Source of the DNA: Heterodontus francisci
Taxonomy: Eukaryota
NCBI RefSeq assembly: GCF_036365525.1
Contig: NC_090387.1
Span: 76,197,300-76,261,299 of the forward strand
Length of the DNA stretch: 64,000 nt
Direction of reading: 5' to 3'
Shown: positions 11,593 through 24,144 of the stretch, one piece after another
How positions within the stretch are numbered: the first letter of the stretch is position 1
Layout of the letters: each line of letters begins with the position of its first letter
The notes under the pieces: model-generated
What the model saw: the letters and a program-made list of their open reading frames with translations, nothing else
Databases searched by the model: none
What the model was told of the DNA's origin: nothing
Position numbers and translations under genes: made by a program

Positions 11593-14500
11593 TATCACAG
11601 TTTAAGTGCTCTTCCTTCAGTTTATATTATCAGAGATCTCTGTTTTGGCTTGACCTTTTAGAATTTTGAGAGAGAATAATAATTAAACAGACTCAAAGAC
11701 TCTTCCTTCAGTTTAAATGGTTTGAGAGCTATCATTTCAGGTGCTAACACACAGATGTCTGTCTGTTGCCCTGTTAGAAAAGACTGTTTAAACTAAAAAG
11801 CCAATTCAAAAGATAATTGCAATATTCTATATCTGGTCCTTGGTTTCTGAATGGCTGTTGCCAGGTAACCAGGACGCATTCTTTGAAGCTGGTTGGTTCC
11901 CTCTTCATATGGATGTATCCAACGGCAACCAAAATGTACTTTCTCCAACACCCGAGGCTTGCTGGTTCTTAAATCAGTATGGCTCCTTTTCCAACCTTAA
12001 AGGCACACCCCATTCTTCCCTCCCAAGAAACTACAGGATCATAAAACCTCTGCTGCTGCCGGAATGAAGTGCCATTCCTGGAATGCGTTTCATTACATTG
12101 GGTAAAAAAATACAATTTGAAAAAATAACCGTACACTTTTTTTTAAAATTAAAGGGCATACACTTTTCTAAAATGTTAAGACTACAGCAACAATTCCACC
12201 AGAACGTTTCGGCTTTAAATTTTCAAAAGGTTGTCCCAATTAACCCATGTCAAATTTAAAAACACAGTCTTCCAATTGATTTTTGTTTCCCTCCCAAGTG
12301 TCTCGTTTATTCATCACCTCAGCCAGGTGAACTGCACAGCTCGGAGCACTGACCATGACTGGGTTCATTACTCTCTGAGAAGTTTCTCGAGTACCCCTTA
12401 ACCTATGTGGCTTCACTTCACACTGGAAAACCCTGTCTCATGTAACAGTAGCTAATTTATTCTTACTCTGGGGTGTCAAATGAATTTGACAGTATCCCCC
12501 CAACACATATGTCTTTTAAGACACATTGTGTTGCCCACTCTGTCCACACAGTCCTTTAAATCAGAATTTGGGTAGGAATTTGCCTTCTTTACTGCAGTGA
12601 CTTTTCTAGAGTTTATGCAAGTTTGAGCCATCCCACCAGGTTTAGACATCAAGACCATCTGCGAATTCCAGCTGTCCTGACTAGGTTCAACTAAGCTGCA
12701 CTTCAGCATGCATTGTACCTTTGCTTCCACTTGGGCCTGTCTGTCTGGACCTAAGTGATAAGGACGTTGTTTTAAAGAAATGGTTCCCCCTATATCCACA
12801 TCATGTGTGGTTAAGGTTGTCCATCCTGGCTTATCCCTACAAACGTTTTGAAACATTGTGAAAACCCTGGTTAGGACTTCTCGCTGTTTTGCCTGTAAGT
12901 GTCAAATCCGATTGTTTAATATTCCTGTGTTTGCTAATTGGATAGTTTGACGTTCAATCCGAGAATTTCCTAGGCCTACCTCTGCCTCATCCTCTTCCTT
13001 CTCAACAGTCCCGATTACCTGACATACCTGTACTGGCTTATCCTCCTCCCTGCAGTAATATTGTTTGAGCATTTTAATGTGACACAACCGGTTCTTCATC
13101 TGGCGATCAGGGGTGTCAGTCAAGTAATCTACTTTACCCACTCTTTTGACCACTCTATATGGGCTACTGAACCGTGCTTTTAAAGGTTCTCCCTGTAATG
13201 GTAACAACGCTAATACTTCATCCCCTGGTTTAATAGTAGGTTGTAAGACGTGGCCAGTAACAATGTTGGCTTATGTGCAATTTGGTCTTCCGAATTCCCC
13301 TATGTCCTGCAAAAGTAATGTCAATGTAATGTGCTAACTCTAATAATCCTTTTCGATATTTAGGTGGTATCACTACCTTTTCAACAACTGTCCAGTCTTC
13401 ATCTGCAGGCCTTTGAGGCGGTCTCCATTCCCTCCTCAAAACCCCGTTTGCCATAAAATAGCCTTCTGTAACTCCTCTCACCTCAGCTTCTGAAAGAGCC
13501 GCCTGTGCTATTCGGTATATCTCTGGATCAGTTTGCTGTGCTGCAATGATAGATGATCTGTTAAACATCTCATTTGAATTATCTAAATCTTCAAATAAGG
13601 TTTCAGATGCTTGGCTATCTATTTGTGATGCTCCTTTTACCTACAGCAATGGATCCTGTTTAGCCATTGCTCAGGTAACTACACACACAGCAAATATTCC
13701 TGGAATTGTTTCTGAAATTGCTCCATTTCCTTAATTTCGCTGGGTTCCTCTGTAACTGTAGGAGAAACTGATATTTTTGATCCTGCCAAATAATTTCCTA
13801 GGAGTAGATCAATACCCTTCACTGGTAAACTGTGGATAACACCTATGGTAACTACCCAGATATCAAGTTACCCTCTCGGCGTACTTTATGCAAAGGTACG
13901 GGTATACACACTCCGCCAATTCCAGGAACTAAAACTTTAACATTCAAGGCGCTCTCTGGTGGAAACCTCATATCTTTTCCCAGCAAGTGTGTTTGGGTTG
14001 CTCTTGAGTCCCGAAGTATAATGATAGGTTTTTCTGCCTCACTTACAGGATACGGAGTTACTGTTCCCTTTGACAAAAATTCATCATAATGCTGGTATTT
14101 TATTCTTAACATCTACACTTCTTCCAGTTTTAGTATCTGGTTTCACATTCACAGCTGTTGTTAAAGCTAAAGCCTGGTCTGCTATACTGTCACTCAGAGT
14201 GTTTTCCTCTGCACTAACTTTACATACTTGAACAAGTCCTATGGGTTTACCTCGCAATTTCCAGCACTCTGAACGATGATGACCCATTTTGTTGAATGAT
14301 AACACTTTGGCTTGTGAACCTCACTTCTACCCTCAGCACCTTCTTTTCTGACCTGATGAGGTGATCCTGGACCATTCCCATATGTTCCTTCTTGTGCCCG
14401 GCTACTTGCCTTCCTTTTACTCTCCCACTTTCTATCCTTCTCGGGTTTATGGGGGTGACGGACAAAATAAATTGGCTTATTCACAAGCTCAAAATTCAGC

Positions 14501-15524
14501 AACCTCTGCTGCCTGCCTAGCTTTTAAAACTTTCAGGTTATCTATATTAGTTCTCACTACTGAAGGAATGGAGTTTTTAAACTCTTCTAAGAGAATCAAT
14601 TCTCAAAGTTCTCATATGTGGTTTCTATCTTTGATGCCTGTATCCAATGGTCAAAATTAATTGACTTCACCCTGTCAAATTCAATATATGTCTGCCCAGC
14701 CAATCTCTGTAAGTTCCTAAACTTCTGACGGTAAGCTTCAGGGACTAATTCATGCTGTGAGAATAGCATTTTTTGTCATCTCATAATCTGCAGAGGCCTC
14801 TTCAGGAAGCATGGCATAAGCTTCATGAGATCTGCCTACTAGCCTGCCCTGAATAAGCAATGCCCAGCTTTCTTTCAGCCATTTCATCTGTTTGGCTTTT
14901 TTCAAAAGGTATGAAAAATGGCTCTACGTCCCTTTCCTCGAACGTAGGAAGAGCCTGTTTAAATTTAAAGAACTTTTCGCTGGGTCCTGATCTAAATTCA
15001 TATTCTTCCTGCCCCGGATTTTCCCTGGATTCAAGACTAGCCCTTTGTCTTTGTTCCATCTCTTTTAATTTAAATTCCCTCTCTTCTCTTTCACTTTCTC
15101 TCCGAAATGCTCTATCTTTCCCCCAATTCAATTTATTTCCTTTCTATCTGAGCCCTAGCCAATACCACTGCATCACTCTCGGACCTACTACCTTCTTGTC
15201 TCTTGTATTCCCTTTCTTGTTCCTCGTATTCCTCTTCAGCTTCTTCATCATCATCATCATCTTCATCGCCTACTAATTCCAGATGTTCGGCTATTATGTC
15301 AATTATCCCTGCTCTTTTGTCACCTGATTTTAATTCCAACCACAATTTCGCTGGCAATTCTTTTAATTTGTTCTTGGTTAAAATTACCAAGTCACTCAGG
15401 GAAACATTTTGATTTTCCAAAAACTCTGCTACAACGACTAATGCCATTACAATGTTATAGATTGTACCTTATCATGCAAGACTCCTGGTTCTTTTAATTT
15501 CTTTGTAATTGGCATTAGATTTAG

Positions 15525-15766
15525 ATCCCCAAAATCGAGTTTCCAATTGATTTATTCCCAGATTCGGGAGATGTTAAACATGATGCCAAACGCAAGACCC
15601 CAATTTAAATATGTCATCTCAGAAATGAGTGATTAATATCATTCCAAATGTGAGCCATCCAGATTAGTTTGATCCTGATCCCAGATGCGAGCCACAGAAT
15701 GAAATATGATTCAACTGCAAGTGAGCCCCCAGTTAAGATATGATTCAAATCCTGGACAAACTGCCA
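15525..15766 (-). repeat. Array of degenerate tRNA-Pro PBS-like units in the Gypsy 5' leader
   Basis: About 6-8 units resembling ATCCCGGACGAGCCCCCA (plus strand) at ~30-36-bp spacing between the LTR and gag. Confidence 0.55.
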
Positions 15767-16740
15767 ATTAATATGTTATGACAGACCGTTCCAGTCAAAG
15801 TCTCTAATCGAAATATACGATTCTGATTGTGGTGGGAGAAACACACTGTTAATTCAATCCTGCCCCTCCACAGATCGCCTAACATATCATTTGAAATTTT
15901 CCAAATTAAAGGAAGACCCAGCCAAATTGTACCATCTATTCACCCCCGAATGAGGCTAACCAAACCAGGTGTCTTTAAATCAACAAATTAACTGTTTAAT
16001 TAGAAACACGAAATTCCAAAATGCGACAAAGAAATAAGCAATATTTAAAATAGAGAAAATTAAAGTCCTTGCAGACTTATGCTCCTGCCGGATATGGAAC
16101 TGTCCAAGGTTGCTTGAAATCCTCACAGCCATCCGATAGGGGAAAAAAGGTTCTTCAACAGTAGAACTGTCCGTAGTCTAATTCAGAAGTCGAAACAGTT
16201 GCTCCTTCTCTAGTGATGAATTTCAACAAGTAACAAGTTGCAAACTCTTTTTTAATGAATCCATTTGGCTTTAGAATTTTTAAGGGATAAAAGATTGTCA
16301 CCGTCGAACTTCCCTTCCTTCAGTTTAAATTATCAGCAATCTCTGTTTTGGCTTGAATTTTTAGAATTTTGAGAGAGAATAATAATTAAATAGACTAAAT
16401 TCTCTTCCTTCAGTTTAAATGGCCCGAGAGCTATCATTTCAGGTGCTAACACAAAGTCTGTGTCCCCGTTAGAACAGACTGTTTCAACTAAACAGCCAGT
16501 TCAAAAGATAATTGGAATATTGTACATCCAGTCCATGGTCTCTGAAAGGCTGTTGCCGGGTAACCAGGATGCATTCTTTGATGCTGGTTTGTTCCCTCTC
16601 AGTATGGTTGCATTCAACGGCAACCAAAATGCACTTTATCTAACTCCTGAGTCTTGCCAATTCTTAAAGCAGTACTGCTCCTTTTCCAGCCTTAAAGGCA
16701 CACCGCATTCTTCCCAAAAATAAATTACAGGATCATAACA

Positions 16741-16756
16741 GTACACATGGAAGCAT
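16741..16756 (-). pseudogene. Gene B leader exon, 5' half (MLPCV), separated from its 3' half by a Gypsy insertion
   Basis: ATG CTT CCA TGT GTA C abuts the LTR end; removing the element and one TSD copy restores MLPCVLMVGITHIG in frame; ETS motif CGGAAGT at 16766-16772 lies just upstream. Confidence 0.6.
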
Positions 16757-19721
16757 TTCAGACAACGGAAGTTGAATGATTGCACGTAAATAAGGGACCT
16801 CCAATAGTTTGGAGTGAGTGGGGTTACAGTAGAGCTGACAAGAAATATATAAGTGGTTGGTAATATCACGTGTAGAGCAGTGGCTTCAGTAAACCTGTGT
16901 ATTTCCTTTAACGATGGTGTCAATTACGGTTCCAAACCCTAAATCCTTATCTCTAACCACGAACTGTAACATTGGGCTCGATCAATCTCACCCCTCACCC
17001 GAAACTATGATGCTAAGCCTATCCTTAACTCTAAACCGTGAGGTGTCATTGTCACCATGCATGGCCGGGTACTCGTCGTCAATGCAGTTTGGCTGAGGTC
17101 AACGGTAATTATGACGTCACTATCGACAGAGGTTTGCTGCTTTATCAACAGTTAATTCTTAAACGGATGTTGGTAGAGGTCTGCGCCGGCATAACATTTT
17201 GGGATACTGTGTATGAGTACTTTGAAACATGATATGTGGCGAGTGTAGCATGGTTGGGAGGAATAGATGACTTTGGATCTATGGTTCCCAAACATTCTCC
17301 ACCACTGGAGTTTTAATCCTGTCATTTCTGGGTCTGTTGTAGACTATTTAATGGAGATTGATTGCTCTGATTAGTCAACAACATCATTATGGTATGACCA
17401 CCAGGATGGTAGAAGGGGAACTAGATGGATTTTTAAAAATCTAAAAGTTCTCTGCTCCTACGTGAAGTGCTGGCTAGTGAAATAGAGTCCAGATAAAACA
17501 GGCCTGTTGGCTCTGTGTGCCACTGTTGGCAGATTTGAGTCTCATATTGGTACTTGAAACCTAGCTGCTCCACTTGTCTCACTTAGTATTGCTTCTAAAT
17601 GCAACTAACAATGATAGGTCCTCAGTTCAGACCTTCACATTCTGGTTAAGTTGCTTTCATGATCTGGTTTCAACGGAGCTACAAGAATCAGTTTAACTAA
17701 AGAAGATAGAGTTTAAATTAAATACAACACTGTTATCAAGAGGGACACAGTGGGAAATGCAATGAGATAGAAAATTGTACATTTATTGTTGATACCTGAG
17801 TACTCTTAATTGCAGGATTAAATTCTCCTTTGTCTGGTGAAAGTAATTTTTGCCGGTATCATTCAGAAATGTTGCAGGGGAACTAGGAATGTTGTCTTTC
17901 AAGGACGTTCCATTAAGTATAGAACTGTGAAACTTTGATGGGTCAGATTTGAGGAATCTTTACTTTGCATCTAACTGCTGTGCAAGCATTTCAGCTGTGG
18001 CTCAGTTGGTAGCACTCTTATTTTGAATTGTTCAGTTCTGACTTCAAGTCCCGCTTCAGTGCAAAGGTCAAGGCTGATACTTCAGTGCAGTAGTGAGAGA
18101 ACACTACACTGTTGGTGGTGTTGAGTTTGGGGTGAGAAGTTAAACTAAAACCTCATGTGCTTAGGTGGATGTTACAAAAGTCCTATAGCACTGTTTCAAA
18201 GGTGAGCAATTTTCCCAGTGTTGTGGTCAATATTTCGCCTTCAATCATCATCGCAAAAAGCAGATTATATCATCATTATCACATTGCTATTTGTAGGAGT
18301 TTTCCAAGTGTGTACAGACTGCTGTAATTCCAGTGACTGCACTTCAAAAAGTACTTTATTGGCTGTAACGTTATTTGAGATGCCTAGTGGTCATGACAGG
18401 TGCTTTATAAATGCAAGTTTTCTTTCTCTTTTGCATGACCTACCAGTTGTTATCATTTTATAGGGAGCTTCTTTGCTTCAGTTTTGTATCGGAGTTGAGA
18501 GTGTTCAGAACCCATGATAAAAAGTCATCGACCTGAAACGTTAACTCTGTTTCTCTCTCCACAGATGCTGCCAGACCTGCTGTGTATTTCCAGCACTTTC
18601 TGTTTTTTCTCCTTAAAATCTACCTCTTTGACCAAATTTCGGTCACCTGTCCTATTATCTCCTATGTGGCTCCGTGTCACATTTACTTGATAACACTACT
18701 GTGATGCGCCTTGAGCTGTTTTACTAAGTTAAATCACTATATATTTGCAAGTTGTTGTTGTCTATATACATAAAAATTCACTCCAATTAGTCATGTTATT
18801 CAAAAAACTGCCACTTCTAAGCAGCTGATTGTTTGGCGATTGGAACTTTTTTGGATAAGTCGTATAATCAGGCTAATTTCAAGTTTCCATGATGACGTAC
18901 AATAGGCAATATTGGATTAGCAGTCTATTATAAACCCCATTCATGTTTCCTGTTCATTGAAGACATTGGCATGGAAAACCGGGTGAGATATATAATGGAT
19001 GACCAATGTGATATTGCCCATTTTACATCATTGCTGAAAGTTAAAATTACTACAAATGAGTGTTGCCTTCTAGCTAGTTCATTGGTCACTGTATACAACC
19101 ATCAATTATCCAATGGATATAACAATCATGTTGCCATGGATGATTTCACAAAGCTGGCTTGTGGTCAGAGTGATCGTTTTTTAACAATTTTTATATTAAT
19201 TATTAAATTATTTTAGTTACCCTCCTGTGTCATTGCATATTGGTAGTATGGAGTTTGGGGCACATTTGTGATGTTTATCTGGTAGCCTGATATCCCCTTA
19301 GGTCCGTTGCTCAGGTATTCCATAGAAGAGGTTTAATTAGGTTCTGAGGTTAATCTGTTTAACTGTTGTTTGATGAAAAGAGGCTGCAAATTATCAATCA
19401 TTTGTAACTTTCTAGCTACAGGTCAAAAGAACAGTATAGAGTGAAATTCTACTTTAGGACAGGTGCAAAACGGGTGATAGTAGATCAACTGCCTGTTACA
19501 CACCCTGCTCAAACATCAGGTGGGATGTGGATGATCAGCTGTCGCCTCCTTTGCGCCTAGCTGAAGTTGACTTTTACCATTTTTCCATGTCATCCTTTAG
19601 CTATTTTATATAACTTTAACACTTTAATGTCTTTTGTGTGATGGATCCTCTCAATGCTTCAACATTTTCCAGAGTGCAAGGAATGTCAGCATCCTTAAAA
19701 GATTTTACTGTTGGTCAACAT

Positions 19722-20675
19722 AATAAGAACATCCAATATAGGAGCAGAAGTAGGCCAGAGAGCTCCTCGAACCTGCTCTGCGATTCAACAATATAACAGC
19801 TGATCTTCTACATCAATTCCACTTTCCTGCCCTATCCCTTTGATTCCCTTTGTCCCCCAAAATCTATCAATCTCGGTCTTAAATATACTTAATGCCTAAG
19901 CATCCACAGCCCTCTGGAGTAGAGGATTCCAAAGATTTACAACCCTTTGAGTGAAGAAATTTCTCACCCCAAATGACTGACCCCTTATCCTGAGACAATG
20001 ACCTCGAGTTCTAGATTCTCCAGTCAGGAGAAACAGCCTGTCAGCATCTATCCTGTCCCTTCATTCACTCTAAGAATTTGATTAGTTTCAATGAGTTCAC
20101 CTCTCATGCGTCTAAACTCCAGAGAATATAGGTCCAGTCTACTCTATCTCTCCTCATAGGGCAAACCTCTCATCCCAGGAATCAATCTAGTGAACCTTCA
20201 TTGCATCCTTCCAACACAAGTATGTTCTTCCTTAGGTAAGGAGATCAAAACTGTACACAGTACTCCTGGTGTGGTCTCACCAAAGCCCAATATAATTGCT
20301 GCAAAAGATCCTACTCTTATACTCCAATTCCCTTGCAATAAAGGCTAGCATACAATTCGCTTTCCAAATTGCTTGTAAAACCTGCATCTTAACTTTCTGT
20401 GATTCATTAACAAAAGCATCCAAATCCCTTTGAATATCAACATTTACTAATTTCTCACCTTTTAATAAATATTCTGCTTTTCTATTCTTCGTACCAAAGT
20501 CGATACTTTATTATACTCCATCTGCCATGTTCTTGCCCAATCACTTAACTGGTATATATCCTTTTGCAGCTTCTTTTCATCGTCCTCACACTTACTGTGC
20601 TACCTAGCTTTTTATCATAAATAAAATAAGATCTATTACACATAGTCCCCGCATCTAAGTAACTAATACAGATTG
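19722..20675 (-). mobile_element. Old CR1 3' fragment
   Basis: Reverse-complement CR1 tail (ATAAGAACAT...GGAGCAGAAGTAGGCC) and CTGTACACAGTACTCC ORF2 motif; degenerate. Confidence 0.8.
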
Positions 20676-21085
20676 TGGCATGTAATTTCCCCATATGATG
20701 GTAAGATGCTTGTGGGGAAAATTCTCTGGCTGCTGTTTTAACTCTTGGTGTTAATCTTCTATTTTAATACATTGCAGTGTAATTTCACCCATTAGTGTTG
20801 AGCAGAATTATTTTCCTCAGAACGATTCTGCTATTCCCGCTATCAATAAAATGGTACTTGACATCTTGGTGAGATTTTTGCTACAAACCAGACTGAGATG
20901 ACTGATTAGTATAACAGCAGCTTATGCTGACTTAGTTTTGGCATCATTGAAAGTGCATTTTTATCCAATAGTGATGTAGGGTATTAGTTGAAGTATACTC
21001 TTGCATAATCAATGGATAATATAGCTGAACACTCCTGAATTAGCCTCTGTGGGGAACCTTTTCCGGAGAGAAATATCTTGCCTAA

Positions 21086-21214
<129 letters not shown>

Positions 21215-22845
21215 TAAGACGGACAGACTATGTGTGTGTGTGCCTGGACATGTGATTGCATTCACACAAGCTCTGGAGTAGTTTAACTAAAGGTACTCTT
21301 AAGACGAAGACTGCATTTCAAAGAAGAGTTTGCAATAATGTCGTACTATTCACTTGCTTTGGATTTCTGAAAGCACTTCACAGCGAATTAATAATTAATA
21401 ATGTGAGCAAGCGCAACAGTCAATTTGTGCACAGCAAGGTCCAATGAGCAGCAACGACATAAGTGTGTTTGTGTCATTGGTTGAAAGATAAATATTCGCC
21501 TTGACACTGGAAGATTCTTGCTATTCTTCAATTAATGCCACAAGATCTTTCGAGCAGGAGACAGCGCCTGGGTCAATGTCTTATCTGAAAGACTGCATTT
21601 CTGACAGTGAGGTGCTGCCTCAGTATTGCATTAAAGTCAGCCCAGGTTATTTGCGCAAAACTTACTTGGTAAAGAAGCTGAAATACCGAACTGAGGCATG
21701 AGTGCTTCCATAGCTGATGTCTGAATGAACAAAGTGATGGTAAAGTCCATCTGAAATAATCTAATTGAGTAGGTATGATATGGGGGATAGTTTGGTGTTG
21801 TATTAATGATCCAAATGGGTTCTTTCTGGTACTTTCCTGAGCTGACATACAAGTTGAACTCCATTTTCATTTTTAAAAAAACTGCTTAAAATAGTTTTTC
21901 TCTTCCCCTAAATGCTTTGGCCACACAATACCCTCACCTCAGGTTTTGTTTTACAGACACTCTCTGACACTTCCCTTAAAGTGGCGAACATTTGATGTAT
22001 GTGACTGTCTGAAGGCTGACTTGCGGAACAACATAGCCAAACCCAATCCTGCTCTCTTTTGTCGTGCACACGCATTTTTCATAAAGGTCACTGGGTTGGA
22101 AGTGATGGAGTCCTGGTTTTTTCTCCTATCAGCTTCCTATCCCATGGAGTCTGCCTTAGTTGGGGTCATGCAACTCAACACTGTTTGAATGTGGGATTTG
22201 CCGGGTTTTTGTGGTTGAAGGATGAATGCTGTACTTGTGTTTCAGAACTTTGTGTAACAGAGCTGGAGGGATTGATTGCCATTGCATTAACAATTATCCC
22301 ATGTTAAAAGAATACTTGCGCTGTTAAGCATGAGCCCTAACTTTCTGCGGCAAGGTTAATGTGCAATTATAGCAAATTGTGAAGAATAACGCGATGTTGA
22401 GGGTGACTTGTGAAAGGTAAACGGCTCCGCGGTCTGAAGTGACCAGCTCGTGTCTTTTTGCCTTTAATTTCCTGGCAGATTTGCGCATTAAGATAATAAA
22501 GTTTGATAGGATAGACATAAGAGAGTTGTTTCCACTGAGTGGGGGTGGAAAACTAGGGCCCACTTTAAATGTACTCAATAGACAATTGGGGGAAACATCT
22601 TTACCCAGAAATTTATTAGAATGTGGAACCCTACCACAAGGAATTGTTAAGGCAAATAACACAAATGCATTTAAGGAGAAGGTAGATAAACATGAGCGAG
22701 AAAGGAATAGAGGCTTTTGGTATCATTTTAGATAGAGTGGTGGGAGGGAGGCTTGTGTGGAGCATAAATATCAGTATGAACCAGTTGTGCAGAATGGCCT
22801 GTTCCTGTGCTGTACATTCTATGTAATAAAGGCATTTTGTTGTGA

Positions 22846-23100
<255 letters not shown>

Positions 23101-24144
23101 TAATTCGATAATACATGCACATGCTACTGCTTCATTGAAACCTCCAGATTGTTTAAAGCTTAATGGTTTGGGAGAGGAATTAACACTGATTTTATTTTTA
23201 TATGGATTGGGAACGTCTAAAACAGCTTCATATGGAAATGGGCTTAACAGGCCTGTGGATAATAAATGTGCCAGTCATGAATCTGATCCGTACTGACTAG
23301 TGTTCCGAATGTTCGCTTATCTTGCCCATTAAAAGTAAGACTTGCAGAGGGTGTACTGAATGCTTACCTGGAAAATAGAGCGACATGTTGCAGTTTTGTC
23401 TCTTTGACATCCATTCCTTGTTTATGGCTTAACAGTTTTCTTGGGCAAACTGAAAACACTCTTTATTCTTTGCCCTCCTTGGATGAGTAACAGTAGGACG
23501 CCATTTAGCCCCTTGAGCCAATTCTGTCATTGTAATATAATGGCTGATCGACACCTTTGCTCCAGATATCTGCCTTTGCTGTATATCTCATAATGCCTTT
23601 GGTTAAAAGAAATCTTATCCATCTCTGATTCTAAATGTAAAAATTTAACGATCTGGCATCAATTGCTATTTGCAAAAGAGAGTTCCAAACACCTTTTTTG
23701 TATTGAAATGTTACCTAACTTCATTCCTGATTCCTGGTTCTAATTTCTGGACGATGGCCCCTTGTCCCAGACTCGACAACTGGTGGAAATAGTTTTTCTC
23801 TCAGCTCTTTGTTACACTCATCTCGCAAGCCTTGAGCAAATTACCCCTTAATGGTCTAATTTCAGGAATACAAACCTATTTTGTGCAATTTAACCCGCAG
23901 AGTCCAGGTGCTTTGGGAAATCTACACTGCAGTCCCTCCAAGGCCATTCTATCCTTCCTAAGGGGAGCTGCTCAGCACTGCTCTCAGAAGTCCATGTGTG
24001 GTCTATACCGGGCTTTATATAGCTGTAGCATAACTTCTGCCTTCTTGTTTTTCTAGTTGTAGATATAAAGACCACTATCCCATTATCCTCTTTGAATATT
24101 TTCTGTACCTGTTCATGGAGAATTGATTTATATATTGTACTAAT

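Larger units (their letters stand above)
10048..16740 (-). mobile_element. Gmr1-like Ty3/Gypsy LTR retrotransposon, defective
   Basis: LTRs at 15774-16740 and 10048-12046; gag from 15447 (SCAN-like region, CCHC remnant), protease LRDSRA, integrase HHCC and GPY remnants, then RT (LKQRPY...); TSD GTAT/GTAC; many stops and frameshifts. Confidence 0.93.

Noticed and set aside
16930-17040. Interstitial telomere-like repeats
   Set aside because: Only a few highly degenerate CCCTAA-like words; insufficient evidence
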